Source: an uncultured Actinomycetota bacterium (lineage in GTDB: Bacteria; Actinomycetota; Actinomycetes; Mycobacteriales; QHCD01). From it: 64,000 nucleotides of DNA. The notes under the pieces are model-generated. The model was not told where the DNA came from. It saw only the letters and a list, made by a program, of their open reading frames with translations, and did not search any database. Both the position numbers and the translations under genes were made by a program. Shown in pieces: positions 1 to 7,949 of this stretch; the first letter of the stretch is position 1, and each line of letters opens with the position of its first letter. The stretch is from contig CAWINQ010000004.1 of the NCBI GenBank assembly GCA_963837545.1, positions 44,838 through 108,837 of the forward strand. The letters are read 5' to 3'.

Positions 1-506
1 TTCGACTCCGCCCAGGCGTCGAGGTCGGCGTCGGTCGCCGTCCGCAGCGGCGGCGAGATGAGCACCGCACCGACCACGTCGGCGTCGCACCCGTGCCGGA
101 GCGCGAGTTCGGTCCCGAAGGACCAGCCGACCAGCCAGGGCTCGGGCAGGTCGTGGTAGTCGACCAGGTCCAGTGCTGCGGCGACGTCGTACCGCTCGCT
201 GTCCCCACCGCCGAATTCGCCCCCGCTGCGGCCGTGGTCGCTCGCCGTACCCCGGGTGTTGAAGCGCAGCACCGCCAGACCGGCCAGCGCCGGGAGCCGG
301 TAGGCCGCCTTGCGAAGCAGGTGGCTGTCCATCATCCCGCCGTGCGTGGGCAGCGGGTGCAGGCAGACCAGGGTGGCGACCGGCGAGCGATCCTCGGGAA
401 GCGCCAGCTCCCCCACCAGCTCGAGTCCGTCGGAGGTGTGCAGCGTCACTGCCCGACGCTCGGCCGGCAGTACGGTGTTGCCGCGGATATCGGGCATGGC
501 GCTCAC
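1..506 (-). CDS. alpha/beta-hydrolase fold protein (partial, C-terminus off the left edge)
   Basis: Absent from the ORF track because there is no stop in the window. My minus-strand translation from GTG 506 / ATG 497 reads MPDIRGNTVLPAERRAVTLHTSDGLELVGELALPEDRSPVATLVCLHPLPTHGG...PWLVGWSFGTELAL, with a GxSxG nucleophile elbow (GWSFG). GTG 506 overlaps the upstream stop as GTGA. Confidence 0.6.
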   Translation of the reverse strand, partial: MSAMPDIRGNTVLPAERRAVTLHTSDGLELVGELALPEDRSPVATLVCLHPLPTHGGMMDSHLLRKAAYRLPALAGLAVLRFNTRGTASDHGRSGGEFGGGDSERYDVAAALDLVDYHDLPEPWLVGWSFGTELALRHGCDADVVGAVLISPPLRTATDADLDAWAES

Positions 507-796
507 GCGCGCCGGCGGGCTGGGGCGAGACGCCGCTCCCGGGCCCGCCAGCAGGCGGTGTGCCAGTGCCGCCGGAAATCGGCGTCGCCGTCGGTGACGG
601 CCCACACCACCACATGCGGGGTGGCCGGTCGGATCTCGTGATCACAGCCCGGACAGCGGTAGTGCCGGGTGCTCGAGCTCCCGGTCAGCGGGCGGACGAC
701 GTAGTCCTCACCGCGCCACGTCTCCTGCCGGTCGGCGCCGAGCACGGGCCGAGGCCGGTCCGGACGTGGCGATCGGCGTCTCCTCACGCCTGTCAC
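503..796 (-). CDS. conserved hypothetical protein with zinc-knuckle-like CPGC...HxxC motif
   Basis: ORF track, 97 aa. Contains HYRCPGCDHEI and RRHWHTACW. The stop overlaps the start of the next gene (GTGA). Start codon uncertain. Confidence 0.5.
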   Translation of the reverse strand: MTGVRRRRSPRPDRPRPVLGADRQETWRGEDYVVRPLTGSSSTRHYRCPGCDHEIRPATPHVVVWAVTDGDADFRRHWHTACWRARERRLAPARRRA

Positions 797-889
797 TGTA
801 GTCAGCGACTGCGGCGCCCGGGCGGCGGCTCAGACGCGCGGAACCCGCCCGGCGGACCGAAATCGTGGCATCGCGCCCCTCGACCGTTC

Positions 890-1918
890 ATGATGGAGAT
901 CGGCCGGTACGAGGAGCCGCTCATGGATCCAGACCCGACGCCGGCGTACGCGACGCCCCGCTCGCTGGCCGAGCTGGCCGGCCTCGCCACCGACGCGGTC
1001 ATCGGCATCGGCGTCGAGGCGAGCCAGCTCGCCTGGCGCGGCCTCGGCGTCTTCGGCCGGACCGCCCGACCGGTGACGGCGCTGCTGCCGCGACCACCGC
1101 TGCCGGCCGTGCCGAGCTGGCCCCGGGACCGGCTGCAGCGGGCGGCCGAGCGCGGCCGCCGCGCACGGGTCGGCGGTGAGCACGATCTCTCCGACCTGGC
1201 CGGGACGCTCATCCCCCGGATTGTGGCGGCGGTGCTCGACCGGCTCGACCTGACCGCGATCGTCCTCGACTACGTCGACCTGGACGGCGTGGTCGCGGCG
1301 GTGGACCTGGACGAAGCGATCGGCCGGGTCGACATCGACGCCATCGTCGACCGGGTCGACATCGACGCCATCGTCGACCGGGCCGACATCGACGCCATCG
1401 TCGACCGGGTCGACATCGACGCCATCGTCGACCGGATCGACATCGCCCGCATCATCCGGCGGATCGACGTCGACGCCATCGCCGCGTCGATCGACGTCGA
1501 CGCCATCGTCGCCCGGGTGGACATCGACGCCATCGCCGCGACGATCGACATCGACGCCATCGTCGCCCGGGTGGACATCGACGCCATCGCCGCGACGATC
1601 GACATCGACGCCATCGTCGACCGGGTGGACGTCAACGAGGTCGCCACGCGGCTCGACATCGACGCGGTCATCGACCGGATCGATCTGATCGGTATCGCCC
1701 GCTACATCGTGGATGCGCTCGACCTGCCGGAGATCATCCGGCAGTCCACCGGACTGATGACCTCCGACGCGGTGCGCGAGATGCGGATGCAGGGCATCCA
1801 GGCCGACGAGCTCGTGGGCCGTGCCGTCGACCGGCTGCTGCTGCGCCGCAAGGCCCGCAGCACCGACGTCGCGGGCTTCACGATTCCTGGGCCGGACGGC
1901 GACGATGACGACCGGTAG
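890..1918 (+). CDS. hypothetical protein with about 17 tandem nonapeptide repeats (consensus VDIDAIVDR)
   Basis: In frame with ORF 560..1918. ATG ATG at 890-895 (MMEIGRYEEPLMDPD) is the first plausible start after the minus-strand gene ending at 796. G/C third positions hold throughout the + frame, including the repeats. Confidence 0.6.
   Translation: MMEIGRYEEPLMDPDPTPAYATPRSLAELAGLATDAVIGIGVEASQLAWRGLGVFGRTARPVTALLPRPPLPAVPSWPRDRLQRAAERGRRARVGGEHDLSDLAGTLIPRIVAAVLDRLDLTAIVLDYVDLDGVVAAVDLDEAIGRVDIDAIVDRVDIDAIVDRADIDAIVDRVDIDAIVDRIDIARIIRRIDVDAIAASIDVDAIVARVDIDAIAATIDIDAIVARVDIDAIAATIDIDAIVDRVDVNEVATRLDIDAVIDRIDLIGIARYIVDALDLPEIIRQSTGLMTSDAVREMRMQGIQADELVGRAVDRLLLRRKARSTDVAGFTIPGPDGDDDDR
1301..1705 (+). 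repeat. fifteen head-to-tail 27-bp units (gtcgacatcgacgccatcgtcgaccgg and variants) inside the CDS
   Basis: Counted directly. Units 1328-1354, 1355-1381 and 1409-1435 are identical. 1517-1570 is repeated at 1571-1624 with one substitution. Degenerate copies flank the array. Confidence 0.9.
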
Positions 1919-2417
1919 CGCTCGCCGCCGGGTCGTCAAGCCGGTGTCGGTGCTTCCGTCCGCCGCGCGGCCCTACCAGGGCCTGCGCGCCGGCGTCGTG
2001 AGCCGGGTGCTGGCCAACACCGTCGACTTCCTCGTTCTGGTCGCGACGCTCGGGGGCATCTACCTGGTGGTCGCGGCGATCCTCTTCCTCGTCAACCCGA
2101 CGTCGTTCCACTTCCCCAGCGTGTCCTGGGGCGTGGTGCTCGCCGTCGGCGCCGGACTGTCCGTCATCTACCTGACCGCGTGCTGGGGCACCGTCGAGCG
2201 CACCTATGGCGACCACGTCCTCGGATTGCGGGTCGTCAGCTTCCGCGGGCACCGGATGCGATGGGCCGGCGCGCTGGTGCGGGCTGTGCTCTGCGTCGTC
2301 TTCCCGATCGGCGTGCTGTGGTGCGCGGTCAACTCGAGGAACCGGTCGGTGGCGGACATCATCGTGCGTAGCTCGGTCGTCTACGACTGGGGACCCGCGG
2401 GCGGTCAGCGGCCGTAG
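1905..2417 (+). CDS. RDD family membrane protein
   Basis: MTTGSARRRVV...YQGLRAGVVSRVLANTVDFLVLV...RTYGDHVLGLRVV...SVADIIVRSSVV, with hydrophobic helices, is typical RDD architecture. ATG 1905 overlaps the upstream CDS by 14 nt. Confidence 0.7.
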   Translation: MTTGSARRRVVKPVSVLPSAARPYQGLRAGVVSRVLANTVDFLVLVATLGGIYLVVAAILFLVNPTSFHFPSVSWGVVLAVGAGLSVIYLTACWGTVERTYGDHVLGLRVVSFRGHRMRWAGALVRAVLCVVFPIGVLWCAVNSRNRSVADIIVRSSVVYDWGPAGGQRP

Positions 2418-3895
2418 ATCCGCTGCACGGTGTTGACCAGGCGCGACACGGCCCGCTCGCTGCGGCGGAAGGTCATCACCGCTAATGGGGAGGGGAACCG
2501 CGCCCGGGCCACCGAACGGACCCGGCTGAACTCCCGGAGCCCGTCCGCACCGTGGATCCGCCCGAACCCCGACCTGCCCACCCCGCCGAACGGCAGCGCC
2601 GGCACCGCGGCGAACGTGACCACCGAATTGACCGACACCATGCCGGTCCGCAGCCGGTGGGCCAGCTCATCGCCGCGTTCACGGGAGTAGACCGTCGCGC
2701 CGAGCCCGTAGCCCGTGCCGTTTGCCCGGGTCACCGCCGCGTCGACGGTGCCCACCCGGCTCACGGTGAGCACCGGGCCGAACGTCTCCTCCTGCTCGGC
2801 CGCGGCGTCGGCCGGGACGTCGACCAGGACGACCGGATCCACGTAGGGAGGGCGCACCGACTCCGGACCGCCGACGACGGCGCGGGCCCCGCGGGCGAGC
2901 GCGTCGTCGATGTGCCGGCGGATGACGTCGATCTGCTCCGGAACGGTGATCGGCCCGTAGCTGGCCCAGCGGTCGTCGCCGGGGCGCAGGGCCAGCGCTC
3001 TGCTGGTGAGCCGCGCCACGAAGTCGTCGTAGACGGGATCGACGACGTAGACCCGTTCGACTCCGACACAGGTCTGCCCGCCGTTGGTGAAGCCGCCCCA
3101 CAGGGCCCCGTCGACGGCGGCGGCAAGGTCGGCGTCTGCGGCGACGATCAGCGGGTCCTTCCCGCCGCATTCGATGACCACCGGGGTCAGCGACTCGGCC
3201 GCGGTGGCCATCACCCGCTTACCCGTCCGGGTCGATCCGGTGAAGGCCAGCTTGTCGACCCGCGCGGCGCTCAACGCGGCGCCGGTCTCACCCAGTCCGG
3301 TGACGACCTGGAAGACCGGCCGTTCCGGGACCACCTCCGCGAACGCCTCGGCGAGCCACCGACCCACCAGCGGGGTGTGCTCGCTCGGCTTGAACACCAC
3401 CGCGTTGCCGGCCGCCAGCGCATAGCCGATCGAGCCCATGGGGGTGAAGACCGGATAGTTCCACGGGCCGATCACACCGACCACGCCGTAGGGCACGTAG
3501 TCGACCGAGGCCGCCACGTTGGGCATCAACAGCCCCGGCGGGACCTGGCGCCGGCGCAGAACCCGCTCGGCGTGTCCGGCTGCCCACCGCAGGTGGTCGA
3601 TGGTGAGGACGAGTTCGAGCAGCGCGTCGTCGACCGGCTTGCCGTTCTCGCGGTGGATCAGCTCGGCGAGCTCACGCATCCGGCGGGCCAGGACGGCGGC
3701 GTAGGCGCGCAGCCGCTCGCCCCGCCCCGAGTAGCCGATGCCGGCCCACCACCCCGCCGCGTCGCGGGCCCGCTCGACGGCGGCGTCGACCGCGGCAGCG
3801 TCGTAGACCGGGAAGGATCCGAGCGTGTCGCCGGTGGCCGGATCATGCGAGGCGAACGTCACCGCGGGGGCACCACCGCCGACACTGTCGGTCAT
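2405..3895 (-). CDS. NAD(P)-dependent aldehyde dehydrogenase family protein
   Basis: 496 aa. Motifs FTGSTRTGKRV, VIECGGKDP and GQTCVGVERVYV (catalytic Cys region). Confidence 0.9.
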   Translation of the reverse strand: MTDSVGGGAPAVTFASHDPATGDTLGSFPVYDAAAVDAAVERARDAAGWWAGIGYSGRGERLRAYAAVLARRMRELAELIHRENGKPVDDALLELVLTIDHLRWAAGHAERVLRRRQVPPGLLMPNVAASVDYVPYGVVGVIGPWNYPVFTPMGSIGYALAAGNAVVFKPSEHTPLVGRWLAEAFAEVVPERPVFQVVTGLGETGAALSAARVDKLAFTGSTRTGKRVMATAAESLTPVVIECGGKDPLIVAADADLAAAVDGALWGGFTNGGQTCVGVERVYVVDPVYDDFVARLTSRALALRPGDDRWASYGPITVPEQIDVIRRHIDDALARGARAVVGGPESVRPPYVDPVVLVDVPADAAAEQEETFGPVLTVSRVGTVDAAVTRANGTGYGLGATVYSRERGDELAHRLRTGMVSVNSVVTFAAVPALPFGGVGRSGFGRIHGADGLREFSRVRSVARARFPSPLAVMTFRRSERAVSRLVNTVQRIYGR

Positions 3896-3920
3896 GGCTC
3901 CAACGGTACTGACCGGATGG

Positions 3921-6056
3921 TCAGGCGCTGTGCTGGTCCGGCCTGTCCCAGTAGAAGGTCTCCGGGTCGTAGATCGCGGGGCACGGGACCTGCCACGGAT
4001 TGGTGATGCCGCCGGTGGCGAGGTTCTCGTGGCTGGGAACGTTGCGGAGCGCGGTCTTCGCGATCACGACGTTGGGGAAGTCGGCGACGCACCCCATGAA
4101 GAACGGACCGTCCTTGACGTGGATCTTCATCATCTCCCACACCAGTTGGGTGCGTTTGAGGACGTCGGGCTCGCGCTTGGTCTTCGCGTAGAGGTTCCAC
4201 AGTTTGGCGATGGGGCCGCCGGCCTCGGGCTCGAGTCGCGGCGGATGGCGCTTCCACGGGTCGACACTCTTCTCGGTGTGCTCCTCCGGCGTTCCCTTCA
4301 CCGCGTAGTAGGAGCCCTCCAGCGGTGCCCACCGGGAGTTCTCGATCGGCACCAGCCACATCGGCGAGATCAGGCAGGTCGCACCGTTGCTGACCTCCCA
4401 GTTGGTGTGCGACATAAGCTGTCCCGCCGACCACTGGTCGCCGAAGGACTCCGGCGGTATCGGGCGCCGCACCATCTTGAGCCCGATGTCCTTGGCGTTC
4501 TGCACCAGCTGGTCGTCCTTCGCCCCTTCGGTCTGGGCGATGTCGGCCGAGTAGTCGATGTCGACGCTCAGCTTGCTGCCGTCCGGGAACTCGAGGTAGC
4601 CGTCGTTGTTGGTGTCCTTCAGACCGAGGTCGGCGAGCAGCTTCTTCGCCTTGCTGACGTCACGCTTGATGTAGGAGTTCTTCCAGGTGTTGTAGACGCT
4701 ATGGCCGTCGGAGCCCTGGAATTCCAGCGACTTCACCCCGAGCGTGCCGGTCGTCTTCTGCCCCTGCTGGAAGTAGAGCGTCTTGCGCGCCCAGTCGCGA
4801 TCGAAGGCGTAGGAGAGCGCCTGCCGGAATCGCGGGTCGCGGAAGAGCTTGCGCAGCTTGGGATCGGGATAGTCGTAGTTGAGGAAGAACATCGACCCGG
4901 TGCCGGATCCGCTGTCCCACAGGTTGATCTCGATGCCGGCCCGGGCCTTGTTCTGGCTCAGCGCGGACACGTCTGCGAGGCCGATCTGGTTGAACGGGCC
5001 GTGGCAGTAGTCGATCTTGCCCTGCTGCACCTGAAGCTTGCCGACCTGCGCGTCCTGCACGTTGTTGATGACGATCTCGTCGATGTAGGGCAGCTGATCG
5101 CCCTCCTTGCTGACCACCCAGTAGTAGGGGTTGCGCTCGAGGACCACGCCCTTGTTGTTGTCGAACGACTTGCACTTGTAGCCGATCATGGTCGGGCAGT
5201 CCGGGTTGCGCATCCAGTCGGTCTTCTGCTCCCACAGGCCGCCGACCGAGTCCCAGTTCTTCGGGACGCTCTTGTTGTACTTCGGGTGGAACTGCTTGGC
5301 GTAGTGCTTCGGGATCACCCAGATGGCGCCGTTGTTTCCGATCGCGCCCTTGGCGTAGGACGCGAGGTGGCCGTCGACGATCGGCTGGGGCGCGTCGTAG
5401 GTCAGCTTCAGCGTCAGGTCGTCGACCTTCGACATCTTGCACAGGGTGCCGTTGGCCGATCGGCAGGCGTCCGGAGGCGTCTGCGCGAAGTGGCCGGGGA
5501 GGATGATGTCCTCCCACCAGAAGAGGACGTCATCGACGGTGAACGCCGTGCCGTCCGACCACTTCAGGCCGGGCCGGAAATGCAGGGTCCACACCGAGGC
5601 GTCGGCGTTCGAGGACCAGGCGTGGACGAGACCCGGTGCGATGTCGAGTCCGTCGTTGACCCATCGCAGCGGGGAGTGGCCGTAGAAGAATTCGCGGTTG
5701 GAGTCCGCCTTCGCGGTGCCCTGGCTGGAGAACACCATCATGTTCAGGGTGCCGCCGTACTTGCCTTGCTGCACCCACTTGTGGGGTACGACGAGGGGGC
5801 GGTCCGGGAGCCGCTTGGCGACAGCCGCCATCTTGCCGGACTTCACCTGGCTGGCCAGGGTCGGTGACTCGTTGAAACTCTTCGGAACAGGCAGCGGCTT
5901 CTTCGCCGAGCCCTTGGCGGTGCTTTCTGCGGCACCTCCGCCACCGCCACCGGAGGAGCCGGAACTGCTTGTGCACGCGGCCAGCATGGACGAGCCGGCC
6001 ACGACGGCCGAGCCGTACAAGAATTTCCGTCGGGAAAGCCCTGCCCCATTGTTCAC
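3921..6056 (-). CDS. ABC transporter substrate-binding lipoprotein, family 5 (peptide/nickel/oligosaccharide type)
   Basis: 711 aa. N-terminus MNNGAGLSRRKFLYGSAVVAGSSMLAAC has a Tat-like RRxFL motif plus lipobox LAAC, followed by a Ser/Gly linker. The body resembles SBP_bac_5 proteins. Confidence 0.8.
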   Translation of the reverse strand: MNNGAGLSRRKFLYGSAVVAGSSMLAACTSSSGSSGGGGGGAAESTAKGSAKKPLPVPKSFNESPTLASQVKSGKMAAVAKRLPDRPLVVPHKWVQQGKYGGTLNMMVFSSQGTAKADSNREFFYGHSPLRWVNDGLDIAPGLVHAWSSNADASVWTLHFRPGLKWSDGTAFTVDDVLFWWEDIILPGHFAQTPPDACRSANGTLCKMSKVDDLTLKLTYDAPQPIVDGHLASYAKGAIGNNGAIWVIPKHYAKQFHPKYNKSVPKNWDSVGGLWEQKTDWMRNPDCPTMIGYKCKSFDNNKGVVLERNPYYWVVSKEGDQLPYIDEIVINNVQDAQVGKLQVQQGKIDYCHGPFNQIGLADVSALSQNKARAGIEINLWDSGSGTGSMFFLNYDYPDPKLRKLFRDPRFRQALSYAFDRDWARKTLYFQQGQKTTGTLGVKSLEFQGSDGHSVYNTWKNSYIKRDVSKAKKLLADLGLKDTNNDGYLEFPDGSKLSVDIDYSADIAQTEGAKDDQLVQNAKDIGLKMVRRPIPPESFGDQWSAGQLMSHTNWEVSNGATCLISPMWLVPIENSRWAPLEGSYYAVKGTPEEHTEKSVDPWKRHPPRLEPEAGGPIAKLWNLYAKTKREPDVLKRTQLVWEMMKIHVKDGPFFMGCVADFPNVVIAKTALRNVPSHENLATGGITNPWQVPCPAIYDPETFYWDRPDQHSA

Positions 6057-6272
6057 GTCGATTCATCCCTTCTGTGCCTACCCCTGGCGCCTACCTCGGG
6101 CGCCCACCTGTCCGGGTGCCGTTGATACCCGCAGGAGGGTGGCTGGAAAACGCTTGCCGAAAACCCTCGCATCGCGAGCCGGGCATGTCAAGGCGGCACA
6201 TGTGACCCATCGCGGGCTCCCTGCAGCGAACCGTCAGCCCCTCGAGAACTCCCCACGTCACGGTCAGTTGAA

Positions 6273-6932
6273 TCAGAACAAGCGCTGAGACGGGTCGTCG
6301 ATGCCGCGCAGCGCGTCGTAGTCGAGCGTCAGACAGCCGATGGAGCGGTCGGCGGCCAGCACCCGCGCCTGCGGCTTGATCTCCTGCGCCGCGAGCACTC
6401 CCCGGACCGGGGCGAGGAGGGGGTCACGATTGAGTAACTGCAGGTAGCGGGTGAGCTGCTCGACGCCGTCGATCTCGCCCCGGCGCTTGATCTCGATCGC
6501 CACGGCGCCGCCGTCCGGGTCGCGCGCCAGGATGTCGACCGGGCCGATCGCCGTCGGGTACTCCCGGCGGACGAGCCGGTAGCCGGGCCCGAGGGTCTCG
6601 ATGTGCTCGGCGAGCAGCTCCTGCAGATGGGCCTCGACGCCGTCCTTGACCAGGCCGGGGTCGACCCCGAGCTCGTGGCTGGAGTCGTGCAGCACCTCGG
6701 CGACGGTGATGACCAGCTGGTCGCCGGACCGGTTGGCCACCGTCCACACGCCGTCGGCTTCCCGCAGGGTGCAGGGCGGGCTCATCCAGTTCAGCGGCTT
6801 GTAGGCCCGGTCGTCGGCGTGCACGGCGACCGACCCGTCGGCCTTGATCAGGATCAATCGGGACGCCATGGGCAGGTGGGCGCTTAGCCGCCCGACGTAG
6901 TCGACCGAACACCGCGCAATGACGAGCCGCAC
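6273..6932 (-). CDS. nucS: endonuclease NucS (EndoMS, non-canonical mismatch repair nuclease)
   Basis: [50 protein letters not shown] matches the NucS N-terminus. The start is set at GTG 6932. The ORF-track extension to 6989 runs through a G-rich leader. Confidence 0.9.
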   Translation of the reverse strand: MRLVIARCSVDYVGRLSAHLPMASRLILIKADGSVAVHADDRAYKPLNWMSPPCTLREADGVWTVANRSGDQLVITVAEVLHDSSHELGVDPGLVKDGVEAHLQELLAEHIETLGPGYRLVRREYPTAIGPVDILARDPDGGAVAIEIKRRGEIDGVEQLTRYLQLLNRDPLLAPVRGVLAAQEIKPQARVLAADRSIGCLTLDYDALRGIDDPSQRLF

Positions 6933-6999
6933 CCGGCGGAGGCTACTGGATCGCCCCGCAGCCCACCCCACACCCCACCTCACCCCCACCTCCCCCCAT

Positions 7000-7082
7000 G
7001 TCCAAAAGCCACTACTAGTGGGTTTTGGACATCTCGAACGGCGTGTCGCCGACCAAAAGCCACTACTAGTGGGTTTTGTCGG
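7000..7082. repeat. composite palindromic intergenic element, copy A (two CAAAAGCCACTACTAGTGGGTTTTG palindromes plus a conserved spacer)
   Basis: Half-sites at 7000-7030 and 7049-7082. Near-identical copies lie at 27352-27431 and 58614-58697. Confidence 0.85.
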
Positions 7083-7133
7083 AGTGGAGATCGGGTCGCG
7101 GGCCCGTCCTCGGGGTCAGGCGGGTCAGGCGGG

Positions 7134-7949
7134 TCAGGCGGGCCAGGCGGGTGGGCGCTTGGCGAGGAATGCCGCCATGCCCTCCCGGGCCTCGGGTGTC
7201 TGGCTGGCGGCCGCCATCACCTCGACCGCGAAGGTGTAGGCGTCCCGCTCGGGCCGGTCCAGCTGTGCGTAGAGCGCCTGCTTCCCCACGCCCTTGGACC
7301 GGGCGCTCCCCCGCGTCGCCCGGTCGAGCAGGTCGAGGGCCGCCTTCTCCAGGTCGGCGTCCGGCACCACCCGGTTGACCAGGCCCCACGCGCAGGCCGT
7401 GCGGGCGTCGATCACGTCCCCGGTGAGCGCCATCTCGAACGCGCGTTTGCGGCCGACGTTTCGGGCGATCGGGACCATCGGGGTGTGGCAGAACCACCCG
7501 CCCCTGCCCCCTGGTGCGGCGAAGCCGGCGGACTCACCGGCCACCGCCAGGTCGCACGAGGCCACCAGCTGGCAGCCGGCCGCCGTGGCCAGCGCATGCA
7601 CCCGGGCCACGACGACCTGGGGGATGTTCTGCATGGTCTGCATCAGGTCGGTGCACAGGGCGAGCAACCGCCGCACGCCCGCCAGGTCGGCCTCGGCGAC
7701 GTCGGCGAAGTCGTGCCCGGCCGAGAAGACCCGCCCGGCGCCGGCGAGGATCACGCCGCGCGCGTCGGTCTCCCCGACCTCGGCGAACGCGGCCCGCAGT
7801 TCGCGCAGGTGGTCGAAGGACAGCGCGTTGCGCCGGTCGGGGCGGTTCATGGTCACGGTGGTGAACTCGCCCTCGCGCTCGACCAGCACGTGCGGATAGC
7901 TCCCCATGACCGCACCGTACGCCGACGGGCCCGCCGGCTCACCACTCAT
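7134..7949 (-). CDS. enoyl-CoA hydratase/isomerase (crotonase) family protein
   Basis: MSGEPAG...VLVEREGEFTTVTMNRPDRRNAL...GRVFSAGHDF. ATG 7949 overlaps the LysR stop as ATGA. The ORF-track start at 8357 lies inside the LysR gene. ATG 7907 is an alternative start. Confidence 0.85.
   Translation of the reverse strand: MSGEPAGPSAYGAVMGSYPHVLVEREGEFTTVTMNRPDRRNALSFDHLRELRAAFAEVGETDARGVILAGAGRVFSAGHDFADVAEADLAGVRRLLALCTDLMQTMQNIPQVVVARVHALATAAGCQLVASCDLAVAGESAGFAAPGGRGGWFCHTPMVPIARNVGRKRAFEMALTGDVIDARTACAWGLVNRVVPDADLEKAALDLLDRATRGSARSKGVGKQALYAQLDRPERDAYTFAVEVMAAASQTPEAREGMAAFLAKRPPAWPA

Noticed and set aside
1301-1705. Possible CRISPR array, because of regularly spaced 27-bp repeats.
   Set aside because: The units are directly adjacent with no spacers. 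They are in frame within a CDS. No cas genes are present.
830-1939. 369-aa and 133-aa minus-strand ORFs, and a 104-aa + ORF, over the 27-bp repeat array.
   Set aside because: They are alternative readings of the same repeats. The minus frames require repeated GAT/ATG-type codons and give poly-(DGVDV) or poly-(MAS) products. The + frame at 890-1918 has consistent G/C third positions.
3825-5867. 680-aa + strand ORF.
   Set aside because: It is antisense to the solute-binding lipoprotein gene, which has a signal peptide, a lipobox and a coherent SBP-like sequence.
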